Source of the DNA: an uncultured Alphaproteobacteria bacterium | Lineage (GTDB): Bacteria > Pseudomonadota > Alphaproteobacteria > Rs-D84 | DNA: 64,000 nucleotides | Direction: 5' to 3' | Assembly (NCBI GenBank): GCA_934272785.1 | Contig: CAKQSE010000002.1 | Span: 3,588 to 67,587 of the forward strand | Shown: positions 9,390-18,713 of the stretch, piece after piece | How the letters are laid out: every line of letters begins with the position of its first letter | How positions within the stretch are numbered: the first letter of the stretch is position 1 | The notes under the pieces: model-generated | What the model saw: only the letters and a program-made list of their open reading frames with translations | Database searches by the model: none | Told to the model about the DNA's origin: nothing | Position numbers and translations under genes: made by a program

Positions 9390-9746
9390 ATGTCATCCAG
9401 TGCTGATTTTATAAATTTTGTTTATGACGTGGTGCATAATGCAACGCCGGACATTCGATATCGCAAGATGTTCGGGGATTATATGCTGTTTTCGTGCGAC
9501 AAACCTGTATTGCTGATTTGCGATGACGTTGTGTATGTAAAACAGATTCCAGATGCGTTGTCTGTATTCGCCGCACATGGCATTACCCCGGACGTCGGGA
9601 TTCCATATGGTGGCGCGCGACCACACTATATCATGGATATTGAAAATTACGAACTGGCGAACGACATGGTGCGCGAATTGACGCGCGTGCTGCCCATGCC
9701 ACGCCCCAAGAAAAAGAAAATCACCACATCAAAACGCCAGGGATAA
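9390..9746 (+). CDS. TfoX N-terminal domain-like protein
   Basis: KMFGDYMLF....LLICDDVVYVK pattern typical of TfoX_N. The first ATG is at 9390 (the track starts at TTG 9384). Confidence 0.65.
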   Translation: MSSSADFINFVYDVVHNATPDIRYRKMFGDYMLFSCDKPVLLICDDVVYVKQIPDALSVFAAHGITPDVGIPYGGARPHYIMDIENYELANDMVRELTRVLPMPRPKKKKITTSKRQG

Positions 9747-10304
9747 TCCAACGCGTGGCGTTATACTGGTTGCGTGTGGTCGCGCGATGTAATTGTAATC
9801 GGCACCCAACGTGAACGACACGTGCGAAATATGCAGCACCACGCCCGCCGACACACCGCCGATAAACCCATACCCTGTTTCGGATTCAGACGGTCGGCCG
9901 TCATTATAATCCAACGAAAAATCATAATAATTTGCCCCCGCCGACAGGCCGACATATGTGCCAAACCACCGTGTCTGGACCAGGTCGTAATAAATACTGG
10001 CCATCAAGGACTGTTGATCCAATGACGCGTCCGTCTGGGTCAGCCATGATGAAAACAGTTCACTGACCGTGTCGCGCTTTTGATACGTCAACTGGATACG
10101 CGTGCGGTTATTGCGCATACCGGCCCCGATATTGAAAACGCCGGTAAAGCCACCCATGTCATACCCGTGAATACGGACGTCTGAATATGTCATACCAAAA
10201 TCAGACGTCAGATATGGCGTCCATGTGCCCATACTGTAAATACCCGCGCGCGCCGCGCATGGCATGGCGGTAATGATTGCGGCAATAAATAAAAATCGTT
10301 TCAT
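9729..10304 (-). CDS. outer-membrane beta-barrel protein (OmpA-like/opacity-type porin)
   Basis: ORF 9729..10409. Signal-peptide start MKRFLFIAAIITAMPCAARA at 10304. Alternating beta-strand pattern. C-terminal ..GLSLAF. Confidence 0.7.
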   Translation of the reverse strand: MKRFLFIAAIITAMPCAARAGIYSMGTWTPYLTSDFGMTYSDVRIHGYDMGGFTGVFNIGAGMRNNRTRIQLTYQKRDTVSELFSSWLTQTDASLDQQSLMASIYYDLVQTRWFGTYVGLSAGANYYDFSLDYNDGRPSESETGYGFIGGVSAGVVLHISHVSFTLGADYNYIARPHATSITPRVGLSLAF

Positions 10305-10394
10305 AATGCGGCCCCCGGTCCCTGTGTTTATATCCCCACAATAGCACGCCGTCGCCATCAATGGCAAGGGCCAAGTTGCGCGAATAATGTCTGC

Positions 10395-10423
10395 TTGTGT
10401 TTTCAGCAAAACTGTTATATAAT
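10395..10423 (+). promoter_or_regulatory. promoter of the structured leader/HTH unit
   Basis: TTGTGT-17-TATAAT. Confidence 0.45.
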
Positions 10424-10429
10424 TTCAAA

Positions 10430-10603
10430 CGCAGTGGCGGGTTGCCATTGTGGGTTTCATAGCCCCGAATAGAGCGTCCGAGATGACGATACATCTCCAA
10501 CCATACTTGGGTTGGAGGGTCGTGAATATACCGAATAAACGACACTATACTCTATTATAGCTATGAAACTCCAACCACCTGATTTTCTGGTGGTTTTCTT
10601 TTT
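10430..10603 (+). promoter_or_regulatory. structured leader RNA with terminator/antiterminator alternative (riboswitch- or attenuator-like)
   Basis: An 18-bp interrupted closing helix (10453-10474 with 10550-10570) encloses three hairpins. The 8-mer CTCCAACC occurs twice (10495 and 10569), and both copies can pair with GGTTGGAG (10510). The second copy overlaps the terminator stem. Confidence 0.45.
10573..10603 (+). terminator. leader terminator upstream of the HTH gene
   Basis: AACCACC-TGATTTTCT-GGTGGTT followed by TTCTTTTT. Confidence 0.55.
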
Positions 10604-10614
10604 GGGGGGCGCAT

Positions 10615-10797
10615 ATGAAAATCGGTGTTCAAATTGAGCAAATTCGCCAAGAAATGGGATTGTCCGTTGTCTTTATGTGCAACGCCATGGATTTGACGCC
10701 TGGCGAATACGAACGCCTGGCCATCGGACGGTATACCTTAAATACATTTCAATTGATTAGTTTTATCAGTGCAACGCACCACAGCCTGGTATTTTAA
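10615..10797 (+). CDS. small XRE-like helix-turn-helix protein
   Basis: 60 aa. GGGGGG SD 6 nt upstream. IRQEMGLSVVFMCNAMDLTPGEYERL resembles an HTH_3 core. Confidence 0.45.
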   Translation: MKIGVQIEQIRQEMGLSVVFMCNAMDLTPGEYERLAIGRYTLNTFQLISFISATHHSLVF

Positions 10798-11160
10798 AAG
10801 TGAGTAAGTGATATAGTGATTTAGTTTTAGAATAGAAAACTTAAAAACTTGTCATTCCTGCGCAGGCAGGAATAGGGTCTAAGAAATTACTTATGCTCAT
10901 TGTTGCACAATATACGCAAAAATAAGGACCTAACCACACAACACCATCATACCGGCGCAGGAGGGTCACCATTGTGTTTCCTTGGCATGTCGTAATCGGG
11001 CGATTGGTCCCCAATAATAAAATCTGCGATTGTTTGGATATGGCTCGCGTTTGCTCGCACTGTATAGCCCCTATTCCTGCCTGCGCAGGAATGACAATAA
11101 AGAGTGTCCGCCATTGGCGGACACATCCATTGCTCTCTGCTCTCTACACTCTGCTCTCTA
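10798..11160 (+). repeat. composite non-coding repeat, copy A
   Basis: AGTGA octamer array, inverted 27-nt palindromes (10851-10877 and 11069-11095), hairpin 11104-11124 and a CT-rich tail. Roughly 85-90 percent identical by eye to 58744-59139. Confidence 0.85.
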
Positions 11161-11190
11161 AAAAAAACGCCCCGAGTGGGGCGTTTTTTT
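11161..11190. terminator. groEL terminator (bidirectional form)
   Basis: A7-CGCCCC-GAGT-GGGGCG-T7, abutting the groEL stop codon. Confidence 0.75.
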
Positions 11191-12808
11191 ACATCATGCC
11201 TGGCATGCCGCCACCCATCGCTGGCGTGGCTGGTTTTTCTTCGGGGATTTCGGACATTACGCATCCCGTGGTCAGGATTGCACCCGCGGTTGATGCCGCC
11301 GCCTGGATTGCGGTTTTCACAACCTTGGCCGGGTCAATAATGCCCGCCGCCATCATATCGACGTATTCGCCGGTCTGGGCATTGTATCCGAAATTATAGT
11401 CGGACGATTCCGAAACCTTGCCCACGACGATTTCGCCCGACACGCCCGCGTTTTCGGCAATCTGGGCACATGGGGCAACGATTGCACGGCGAACGATATC
11501 AATACCGACGTTCTGGTCAGTGTTCGCGCCATGAACATTTGCCAATGCCGCCGCCGCACGAACCAGCGCAATACCGCCACCGGCCACGATACCATCGGCA
11601 ACCGCCGCACGTGTCGCCGCCAACGCGTCGTCAACACGGTCTTTCTTTTCTTTAACTTCGACCTCGGTCATACCGCCAACCTTGATAACGGCGACGCCAC
11701 CGACCAATTTCGCCAGACGTTCAGACAATTTTTCACGATCATATTCCGATGTCGTTGTGGACAACAGTTTGCGAATTTCGTCCGCACGCGCGTCAATGGC
11801 CGATTTGTCACCCGCGCCCTGGGCAATCAGGGTTGAATCCTTGCTGACGACGACCTTTTTCGCACTGCCCAGCACCGCCGGGGTAATGTTTTCAAATGTC
11901 ATACCCATATCGTCCGAAATAACGGTTGCGCCGGTCACCGCCGCGATATCTTTCAGCATTTCCTTGCGGCGATCGCCAAAGCCTGGGGCCTTGACCGCGC
12001 AAACTTTCAGGCCACCGCGCAGACGGTTCAGCACCAATGTCGCCAACGCTTCGGATTCAACATCTTCGGCAATAATCAACAGTGGGCGTCCCGATTGTGC
12101 GATTGGTTCCAAAATTGGTAGCAATGCCTGTAATCCTGTGATTTTCTTTTCAGAAACCAGGATTTGCGCGCCGTCCAATTCCGCCAGCATTTTTTCGCTG
12201 TTTGTGACAAAGTATGGCGACATGAATCCCTGGTCAAACTGCATCCCCTCGACCACGTCGATTTCGGTCTCTAACCCTTTGGCCTCTTCGACTGTAATTA
12301 CGCCTTCGCGGCCAACCTTTTCCATTGCGCCGGCGATTTTTTCACCGATATCACGGTCGGAATTCGCAGAAATTGTCGCGACCTGGGCGATTTCCGCGCT
12401 GTCTTTGACCGGGCGGGCATGTGCGTCAATATCGGCAACAACCGCCGACACCGCCATATCAATACCGCGCTTTACATCCATCGGGTTCATACCCGCGGCG
12501 ATAACACGGCGACCCTCGCGTATAATTTTTTGTGCCAGGACGGTTGCGGTTGTTGTGCCGTCACCCGCATCATCACCGGCCTTTTTCGCCACTTCTTGGA
12601 CCATGCGGGCACCGATGTTTTCCGCCGGGTCTTTCAGTGATACGGCCTTGGCCACGGTCACGCCGTCCTTGGTTGCGACCGGCGCGCCATACGATTTTTC
12701 AATGATTACCGTGCGCCCCTTGGGCCCCATGGTGATCTTAACGGCATCGGCCAATTTATCGACGCCCGCCGCCAGTTTATCTGTATCGAAAACAATATTT
12801 TTTGCCAT
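11189..12808 (-). CDS. groEL: chaperonin GroEL
   Basis: Full-length Cpn60: [12 protein letters not shown] motif and GGM-type C-terminus (GGGMPGMM). Confidence 0.97.
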   Translation of the reverse strand: MAKNIVFDTDKLAAGVDKLADAVKITMGPKGRTVIIEKSYGAPVATKDGVTVAKAVSLKDPAENIGARMVQEVAKKAGDDAGDGTTTATVLAQKIIREGRRVIAAGMNPMDVKRGIDMAVSAVVADIDAHARPVKDSAEIAQVATISANSDRDIGEKIAGAMEKVGREGVITVEEAKGLETEIDVVEGMQFDQGFMSPYFVTNSEKMLAELDGAQILVSEKKITGLQALLPILEPIAQSGRPLLIIAEDVESEALATLVLNRLRGGLKVCAVKAPGFGDRRKEMLKDIAAVTGATVISDDMGMTFENITPAVLGSAKKVVVSKDSTLIAQGAGDKSAIDARADEIRKLLSTTTSEYDREKLSERLAKLVGGVAVIKVGGMTEVEVKEKKDRVDDALAATRAAVADGIVAGGGIALVRAAAALANVHGANTDQNVGIDIVRRAIVAPCAQIAENAGVSGEIVVGKVSESSDYNFGYNAQTGEYVDMMAAGIIDPAKVVKTAIQAAASTAGAILTTGCVMSEIPEEKPATPAMGGGMPGMM

Positions 12809-12823
12809 AATTTTGTCCTTTGA

Positions 12824-13111
12824 TTATTCCAAAATTCCCAAAATGTCAGATTCTTTGATTAAAACGTAATCAGTGCCGTCAATTTTAACCTCGTTCGCGG
12901 ACGATGCCCATTTCGCAAACAGGACAGTATCGCCAACTTTGACACTCATCGGGACGCGCGCACCGTGTTCATATACGCCATCGCCCACCGCAACAACGCG
13001 ACCACGCGATGGTTTTTCCTTGGCATTATCGGGGATAATAATTCCGCCGGCGGTCTTGGCTTCTTCGTTCAGACGCGTCAGCAAGACGTAATTGTGTAAA
13101 GGCTTCATCAT
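12824..13111 (-). CDS. groES: co-chaperonin GroES
   Basis: ORF 12824..13378 is over-extended. The start [11 protein letters not shown] at 13111 is preceded by an AAGGAG SD. 95 aa Cpn10. Confidence 0.95.
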   Translation of the reverse strand: MMKPLHNYVLLTRLNEEAKTAGGIIIPDNAKEKPSRGRVVAVGDGVYEHGARVPMSVKVGDTVLFAKWASSANEVKIDGTDYVLIKESDILGILE

Positions 13112-13135
13112 TGTTAAATTCTCCTTGTTCCACGT

Positions 13136-13164
13136 ATATATAATGCGACGCCGATGGATTTCAA
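13136..13164 (-). promoter_or_regulatory. groES-groEL promoter
   Basis: Minus strand TTGAAA-17-ATATAT. It can also be read as a sigma32-like TTGAAA-13-CATTATAT. No CIRCE element seen. Confidence 0.4.
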
Positions 13165-13223
13165 TACTTGATTTTGCGTTTTGTGTATAATATCCTGGGC
13201 AGGTGAAATCCCAGGGGGCAAAT

Positions 13224-13571
13224 ATGTATAATTCTGACAATGTTTTTGCAAAAATCATCGCGGGACAAATCCCGTGCAAACAGGTGTACAGTGACGAATA
13301 CGCACTGGCATTTTTTGACGTGAACCCACGGGCCAAGACGCACGTCCTGGTCGTGCCACGTGGTGAATATACCGACATTTACGATTTTACCGCAAATGCC
13401 CCGGCGGAATTACAGCGTGGATTCTGGGCGGCGGTGCGCAAGACCGTTGATACATTGGGATTAAATGGAAATTTCCGCGTGGTCGCAAATACTGGCGCAG
13501 GGGCCGGCCAATCGGTATTTCATTTTCACTTGCATGTTATGAGTGATGAACGATTCAAAACAGACTTTTAA
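13224..13571 (+). CDS. HIT family (histidine triad) protein
   Basis: Start [14 protein letters not shown] after an AGGGGG SD. HFHLHV histidine triad. Confidence 0.85.
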   Translation: MYNSDNVFAKIIAGQIPCKQVYSDEYALAFFDVNPRAKTHVLVVPRGEYTDIYDFTANAPAELQRGFWAAVRKTVDTLGLNGNFRVVANTGAGAGQSVFHFHLHVMSDERFKTDF

Positions 13572-13776
13572 TATTCGCGTTATTCCGCGGGCGCGACAAA
13601 ACAGCATTGAAACCGCGCCCGACGGCACAATTCGCGTGCATACAACCGCCACGCCCACCGATGGCGCGGCAAATGCGGCCGTAATAAAAATGCTGGCCCG
13701 GCATTTTGATGTGCCGAAAACCAGCATTAAAATCATCCGTGGGGAAACCGCCCGGGACAAAGTTATTCAGATTTAA
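13543..13776 (+). CDS. DUF167 (YggU-like) protein
   Basis: GAANAAVIKMLARHFDVPKTSIKIIRGETARDKVIQI matches the DUF167 C-terminal pattern. Overlaps the HIT gene by 29 nt. Confidence 0.7.
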   Translation: MMNDSKQTFNIRVIPRARQNSIETAPDGTIRVHTTATPTDGAANAAVIKMLARHFDVPKTSIKIIRGETARDKVIQI

Positions 13777-14321
13777 TAATCCTTTATCTCGCGTTCTAAA
13801 TCCGCCGGCGTTGCCGCAATGCGGATATCGTAATCCTTGACATCTTCGATAAAGCCACAGTTCTGCATGTGGACAAACAGGCGCGCAAACGGTGCCCAGA
13901 AATTATCAGTGTTCAAAAAGAACAGCGGCTTTTTCGTTTCGCCAATTTGCTGCATCGTCATAATATCGGTCAATTCGTTCAGTGTGCCAATTCCGCCCGG
14001 CAAAATGATAAATGCGTCGGACAGTTCATACATACGCTGTTTGCGTTCGTTGACGCCATCGACCACCTGGACATGAACGCCGGTGTGCACCGGTTCCTGT
14101 TTTGCAACAACGTTGTGGGTGGAAACACCAATAACCTCGCCCCCGGCGTCCAGCGCACCATTTGCAACCGTTCCCATCAGGCCAACGTCACCACCACCAA
14201 ATACCATACGAATACCATTGCGCGCCAACATTTCCCCAACCAATGCCGCATCGCGCGCGAACGCTGTTTCTGTGCCAAATTCGTGTCCGCAATATACCGC
14301 CATAGATTTTAATTTTGCCAT
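13773..14321 (-). CDS. LOG family (TIGR00730) nucleotide phosphoribohydrolase
   Basis: GGGDVGLMG and PGGIGTLNEL motifs. Confidence 0.85.
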   Translation of the reverse strand: MAKLKSMAVYCGHEFGTETAFARDAALVGEMLARNGIRMVFGGGDVGLMGTVANGALDAGGEVIGVSTHNVVAKQEPVHTGVHVQVVDGVNERKQRMYELSDAFIILPGGIGTLNELTDIMTMQQIGETKKPLFFLNTDNFWAPFARLFVHMQNCGFIEDVKDYDIRIAATPADLEREIKDY

Positions 14322-14380
14322 TTCTCTTTTCCTTTCTTTTTCACTTTATTTTTGCGAATTATAGCATAAAATAACCCAAA

Positions 14381-15361
14381 ATGAATCAGAAATTTATTAA
14401 ATTTATGAATGATTTTATCGGGTATCGCCTGGCCGTGGCGGTCAGTGGTGGCGTTGATTCGGTGTGTCTGTTGTGCTGGCTGGATGAAATTGGGGCGCGC
14501 CCCATCGCATTGCATGTGAACCATAAATTGCGCGCTGTCGCGGATACCGAGGCCGCACATGTTCGCGACCTGTGTGCGGCGCGCGGGATTGAATGTCATA
14601 TTTTTGAGTGGACCGCCCCCAAACCCACCGCGGGGCTAGAGGCCGCGGCCCGCACCGCGCGGTATAAATTCATGACCGACTGGTGCCGTGAAAATAATAT
14701 TGATGCGTTACTGGTTGCGCACCAGGCCGACGACCAAATTGAAACGTTTTTAATGAACCTGGGGCGTGGCAGTGGACTGTCCGGGCTGGCGGCGATGCGC
14801 GATGTATCAATGCGCGATGGGGTGAAAATTGTCCGCCCCCTGTTGGGCGTATGGCGGCGTGAATTGCGTGAATATTGCGACAGGAATAAAATCCGCTATT
14901 TTACAGATGAAATGAACGACGATGAACGTTATACTCGCGTCAGAATTCGCAAGAATCGTCATCTGATAGCCGATAAACTGGGCATTTCAGATGAACGTAT
15001 CTTGCTGGCGACGCAAAACCTGGGCCGGGTGCGCGACGCGATTGAAACAGATGTCGCGGATTTAGTGGCGACGGTTACCGATGGACGGCGCGCAATGTTC
15101 ACAGATTCTTTTCTATTTGACCAGGACGACAATATTAGGTTAAAGTTTATCGGAACGTTGATTCAGCAAATTGGGGGGGATAATTATCAGCCGCGCTTGA
15201 ATTCGTTGCGTCGCGCACTAAGTAATTTGCAGTCTGACTGTAAATTCACATTGGGGCATTGCACTGTGCGCCGGTTAAATGGTCGGATTTTAATCGTTCC
15301 CGAAGGGGCAAAAACAAGTTTTAGGACAAGACATGGAAAAGCAAACGTTAAAAAGCAATAA
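14381..15361 (+). CDS. tilS: tRNA(Ile)-lysidine synthetase
   Basis: PP-loop SGGVDS. Conserved synteny directly upstream of ftsH. Confidence 0.85.
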   Translation: MNQKFIKFMNDFIGYRLAVAVSGGVDSVCLLCWLDEIGARPIALHVNHKLRAVADTEAAHVRDLCAARGIECHIFEWTAPKPTAGLEAAARTARYKFMTDWCRENNIDALLVAHQADDQIETFLMNLGRGSGLSGLAAMRDVSMRDGVKIVRPLLGVWRRELREYCDRNKIRYFTDEMNDDERYTRVRIRKNRHLIADKLGISDERILLATQNLGRVRDAIETDVADLVATVTDGRRAMFTDSFLFDQDDNIRLKFIGTLIQQIGGDNYQPRLNSLRRALSNLQSDCKFTLGHCTVRRLNGRILIVPEGAKTSFRTRHGKANVKKQ

Positions 15362-17222
15362 AAAATCAACACGCCGCGACAGTTCAATGATATTCGTCGC
15401 GGTGTTCGCGGTATTGTTTGTCGCACTGGGGCTGCGCGGGTTTATGTCGGGCGGTATGCCGGGTGGTATCATGGCAAATTCGGGCAATGCGGCGATAAAA
15501 CCGGTGGAATTGTCATTTTCAGACGTCCTGCGTCGCGAGGGCGATATTAAAACCATGAAAATCCGCGGGTCAGACGCCACCGGGACGCTGCGCGACGGAA
15601 CGCCATTTAACGCAACGATTACATATGACCCGGAATTGCTGGCCAAAATGTCAGCGAATGGCGCGTCTATATCAATTGATTCATCAAAAAGCACGATGGA
15701 ATACCTGGGAATGTGGTTCCCGATTATACTGGGGTTATTCTTTATGTGGTGGATTTTCCGCGGTATGCGCGGTGGCGCGGGTGGCATTACACGTGGCCTG
15801 GCACAACAGAATCCGACCAAAATCACAACTGGCAAGCCCAAAACAACATTTGCCGATGTCGCCGGTATTGATTCTGAAAAGCAAGAGTTGATGGAGGTCG
15901 TAGATTTTCTGAAAGACAAGGATAAATTCACCGCCGTTGGTGCGCGCGTGCCACGTGGCGTGTTGCTGGCCGGCGAACCCGGGACCGGTAAAACATTGCT
16001 GGCGCGTGCCATCGCAGGCGAGGCAAACGTTCCGTTCTTTGCCGCATCAGGCAGTGATTTTTCCGGTATTATCGTCGGACTGGGCGTTGCGAAAATCAAA
16101 GAAATCTTTGAAATGGCAAAACGGAACGCGCCGTGCATCTTGTTCATTGATGAAATTGATGCGATTGGCCAACGACGCAGCACCGGTTCATTTAACGACC
16201 AGGATCGCGAACAGACACTGAATCAGTTGCTGATTGAAATGGACGGTTTCGCAAATGACACCGGCATTATCGTAATTGGCGCAACCAATCGCCCCGATAT
16301 GTTGGACGCGGCATTGTTGCGTCCGGGCCGATTTGACCGCCAGGTATATATTGAATTACCCGATATGGCGGGACGTCGCGCGATATTGGACCTGTATGCA
16401 AAAAAGATAAAGGTTGGACCGGACGTCAATCTGCAAGATGTGGCGCGTGGCACGACCGGTTTTTCAGGGGCCGATTTGGAAAATCTGTTAAATGAATCTG
16501 CCCTGCACGCGGTGCGCAATGGTCGCACGGAAATTGCACCCGCCGACGTGGACGAGGCCCGTGATAAAATCTTGATGGGCCCGCGCAAGGCACGCAAGAT
16601 GCGCCCCGAAGATATCAAATTGACCGCCTATCACGAGGCCGGGCACGCATTTGTCAGCCAGATGTATGCCGACATTACCGACCCAATTCACAAGGCAACG
16701 ATTATCCCGCGTGGGCGCGCACTGGGCATGGTGCAACACCTGCCGATTGATGACAAGGTTTCCATGACCATTGCCGAGGTTCGCGCCAATCTGTCCATTG
16801 CCCTGGCGGGACGCAGTGCCGAAGAAGTATTCTTTGGCCCGGATAAAATCACAACCGGCGCAGAAAGTGATATTGCCATGGCGACACGCCTGGCGCGGCA
16901 TTCGATAACAACGGCGGGGCTGTCGCCACGCGTTGGACTGGCCGCAATCAGCCAGGTAACAAACTTTGGCAATCGCACGGCGTTGGAAAATGCATCAGAA
17001 AAGACCGCCGAATTGGTCGACAGTGAAATCAAGGCCTGGCTGGACGCGGCGCACGCAGATGCGAAAAAATTACTGGTCAAAAACCGGGCAACGGTGGAAC
17101 GCCTGGCGAACGAATTGCTGAAACGCGAAACATTGACCGGTGCCGAAATCAAAGAAATTATTTCGGGCACGCCGACCAAGAAAGCCACCCCAAAACCACG
17201 CACAAAGAAAAATGCAAAATAA
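15333..17222 (+). CDS. ftsH: ATP-dependent zinc metalloprotease FtsH
   Basis: Two N-terminal TM segments, Walker A GEPGTGKT, HEAGHA zinc site. Confidence 0.96.
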   Translation: MEKQTLKSNKKSTRRDSSMIFVAVFAVLFVALGLRGFMSGGMPGGIMANSGNAAIKPVELSFSDVLRREGDIKTMKIRGSDATGTLRDGTPFNATITYDPELLAKMSANGASISIDSSKSTMEYLGMWFPIILGLFFMWWIFRGMRGGAGGITRGLAQQNPTKITTGKPKTTFADVAGIDSEKQELMEVVDFLKDKDKFTAVGARVPRGVLLAGEPGTGKTLLARAIAGEANVPFFAASGSDFSGIIVGLGVAKIKEIFEMAKRNAPCILFIDEIDAIGQRRSTGSFNDQDREQTLNQLLIEMDGFANDTGIIVIGATNRPDMLDAALLRPGRFDRQVYIELPDMAGRRAILDLYAKKIKVGPDVNLQDVARGTTGFSGADLENLLNESALHAVRNGRTEIAPADVDEARDKILMGPRKARKMRPEDIKLTAYHEAGHAFVSQMYADITDPIHKATIIPRGRALGMVQHLPIDDKVSMTIAEVRANLSIALAGRSAEEVFFGPDKITTGAESDIAMATRLARHSITTAGLSPRVGLAAISQVTNFGNRTALENASEKTAELVDSEIKAWLDAAHADAKKLLVKNRATVERLANELLKRETLTGAEIKEIISGTPTKKATPKPRTKKNAK

Positions 17223-17907
17223 TAACGACGTCCAATTTGAAATTATCCACATGCCACCAGAAAACACGAATTCCGTGCTGGTGACGCGTGGCACGGACGC
17301 CGTGATTTTTGACCCATGGGGTCGCGCGGACGATTGGATAAAATTGCTGGATGGACGCGGGTTGCACCTGCGGGCGATATATGCAACGCATGGACACAGC
17401 GATCATATTTCCGCCGCGCCCGGTCTGGCGGCGCACTATGACACGCCATGGTATATGAATCACCACGATTTGGAATTGATTACGTGGGGCAATATGTTGC
17501 TGGAATATTTCAATATGCCAAAAATTCCGTCTGATTTTCGTCGGCCTGAAAATTTAACCGCCGGCGCAAGAGAGATTTTACCAGGTGTGAATATGGACGT
17601 AATTGCCGCGCCGGGACATTCGGCGGGCGGTATGATGTTCTATTTCCCAGAATATGGGATTTTGCTGTCCGGCGATACGTTATTTCGCGATGGTGTTGGA
17701 CGAACCGACCTGCCCACGGGCGATGGCGACGATTTACAGTTGTCCATTGCCGCGTTACGCAATATGAATTTGCCCGACGAAACATATGTTGTTCACGGTC
17801 ATGGGATTGATTCAACAATTAAAATGCTGAAACAACACAATCCATTTTTTGGTGGGTGCCACCATTGTCATCACTGTGATGGTGGGTGCGACTGCGGTTG
17901 TAAATAA
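17212..17907 (+). CDS. MBL-fold metallo-hydrolase with Cys/His-rich C-terminal tail
   Basis: ORF 17140..17907. Plausible start MQNNNDVQF at 17212. THGHSDH motif. Tail GGCHHCHHCDGGCDCGCK. Confidence 0.8.
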   Translation: MQNNNDVQFEIIHMPPENTNSVLVTRGTDAVIFDPWGRADDWIKLLDGRGLHLRAIYATHGHSDHISAAPGLAAHYDTPWYMNHHDLELITWGNMLLEYFNMPKIPSDFRRPENLTAGAREILPGVNMDVIAAPGHSAGGMMFYFPEYGILLSGDTLFRDGVGRTDLPTGDGDDLQLSIAALRNMNLPDETYVVHGHGIDSTIKMLKQHNPFFGGCHHCHHCDGGCDCGCK

Positions 17908-17912
17908 GTATT

Positions 17913-18713
17913 CTATTCGGCAACCTGGAATACCAAAACGCGTTCAATTCCACCCAGGTCACGCGCGGCCCGCACAAATGTCCATCCGGCACGCGTAAAT
18001 ATATCGCGGACGGCATCGGTCTGGCCCGCGCCAATTTCCAGGTATATTTTTCCGCCCGGTCGCACCCAACGCCATGCGTTTGGTGCAATTGATTCGTATG
18101 CCGCCAATCCATCATTTTCTGCATACAATGCCATTTCTGGGTCATGCATTGCGCCCGCGTCAACACGCGTGTCACCGCGCGCAATGTATGGCGGATTGGA
18201 CACGATTATATCAAATTCCCCGGGACGCAATGCGCGCGGATTATCAAATCGGGCGTGCATAACGTGCACACGCGACGCCAGTCCCAAATCACGCATATTT
18301 GCGCGCGCCGTGCGCACCGCGCCACGCGACCGGTCAATTGCCACACCCGTTGCACCATGAATATTTTTTACCAATGCGCCAATTATACACCCCGTGCCCG
18401 TCCCCAGGTCCAGAATACGTGGTGTGGTGTCATTTCCGCAATCGGCAATCACCGCCGCAACCAGTGTTTCCGTATCCGGTCGTGGGTCCAATGTATGCCG
18501 ATTTGTCCGAAATTTCAGGCCATAAAACCATTTCTGGCCGATGATTTTTGCAACAGGCACCCCACGGCGCAACTGGCGCGCCATCCGCCACACATTAAAA
18601 TATGATAAATTTGCAGTATTTTCAGTAATAATCCGCGCCGCGCGCAACCCACCGGCACGATTTAGAATTGTGAACGCTTGATTTATTTCCATAAGTCCAT
18701 TATAATCGGACAC
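17913..18713 (-). CDS. prmC: release-factor glutamine methyltransferase (HemK/PrmC)
   Basis: SAM motif LDLGTGTGC and NPPY catalytic motif (IVSNPPYI). Start uncertain (18713 or 18692). Confidence 0.8.
   Translation of the reverse strand: MSDYNGLMEINQAFTILNRAGGLRAARIITENTANLSYFNVWRMARQLRRGVPVAKIIGQKWFYGLKFRTNRHTLDPRPDTETLVAAVIADCGNDTTPRILDLGTGTGCIIGALVKNIHGATGVAIDRSRGAVRTARANMRDLGLASRVHVMHARFDNPRALRPGEFDIIVSNPPYIARGDTRVDAGAMHDPEMALYAENDGLAAYESIAPNAWRWVRPGGKIYLEIGAGQTDAVRDIFTRAGWTFVRAARDLGGIERVLVFQVAE

Noticed and set aside
10519-10527. GGGTCGTGA resembling the ZTP (pfl) riboswitch core
   Set aside because: The other invariant pfl elements (CUGGCG, CCGCCUGGGC pseudoknot strand) are absent, and the downstream gene is not purine- or folate-related.
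10947-11399. ORFs inside the composite repeats (10974..11399 +, 10947..11264 -, 58899..59189 +) giving ..IPACAGMT.. peptides
   Set aside because: Comparison of the two copies shows substitutions spread over all codon positions (about 7 nonsynonymous to 5 synonymous). The frames are interrupted or start differently in the two copies, and they run through palindromes and terminators. I treat them as translated repeat DNA.
11682-12869. 395-aa ORF on the plus strand, plus several 60-100-aa ORFs, antisense to groEL
   Set aside because: It lies entirely within the unambiguous groEL coding region and has a low-complexity S/A/T/P-rich translation typical of antisense frames. The same reasoning applies to the long antisense ORFs inside ftsH, ligA, htpX, the P-type ATPase, recG, ackA and the others.
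13112-13223. Searched for a CIRCE (TTAGCACTC-N9-GAGTGCTAA) operator upstream of groES
   Set aside because: No match was found. Only a sigma70/sigma32-like promoter is visible.
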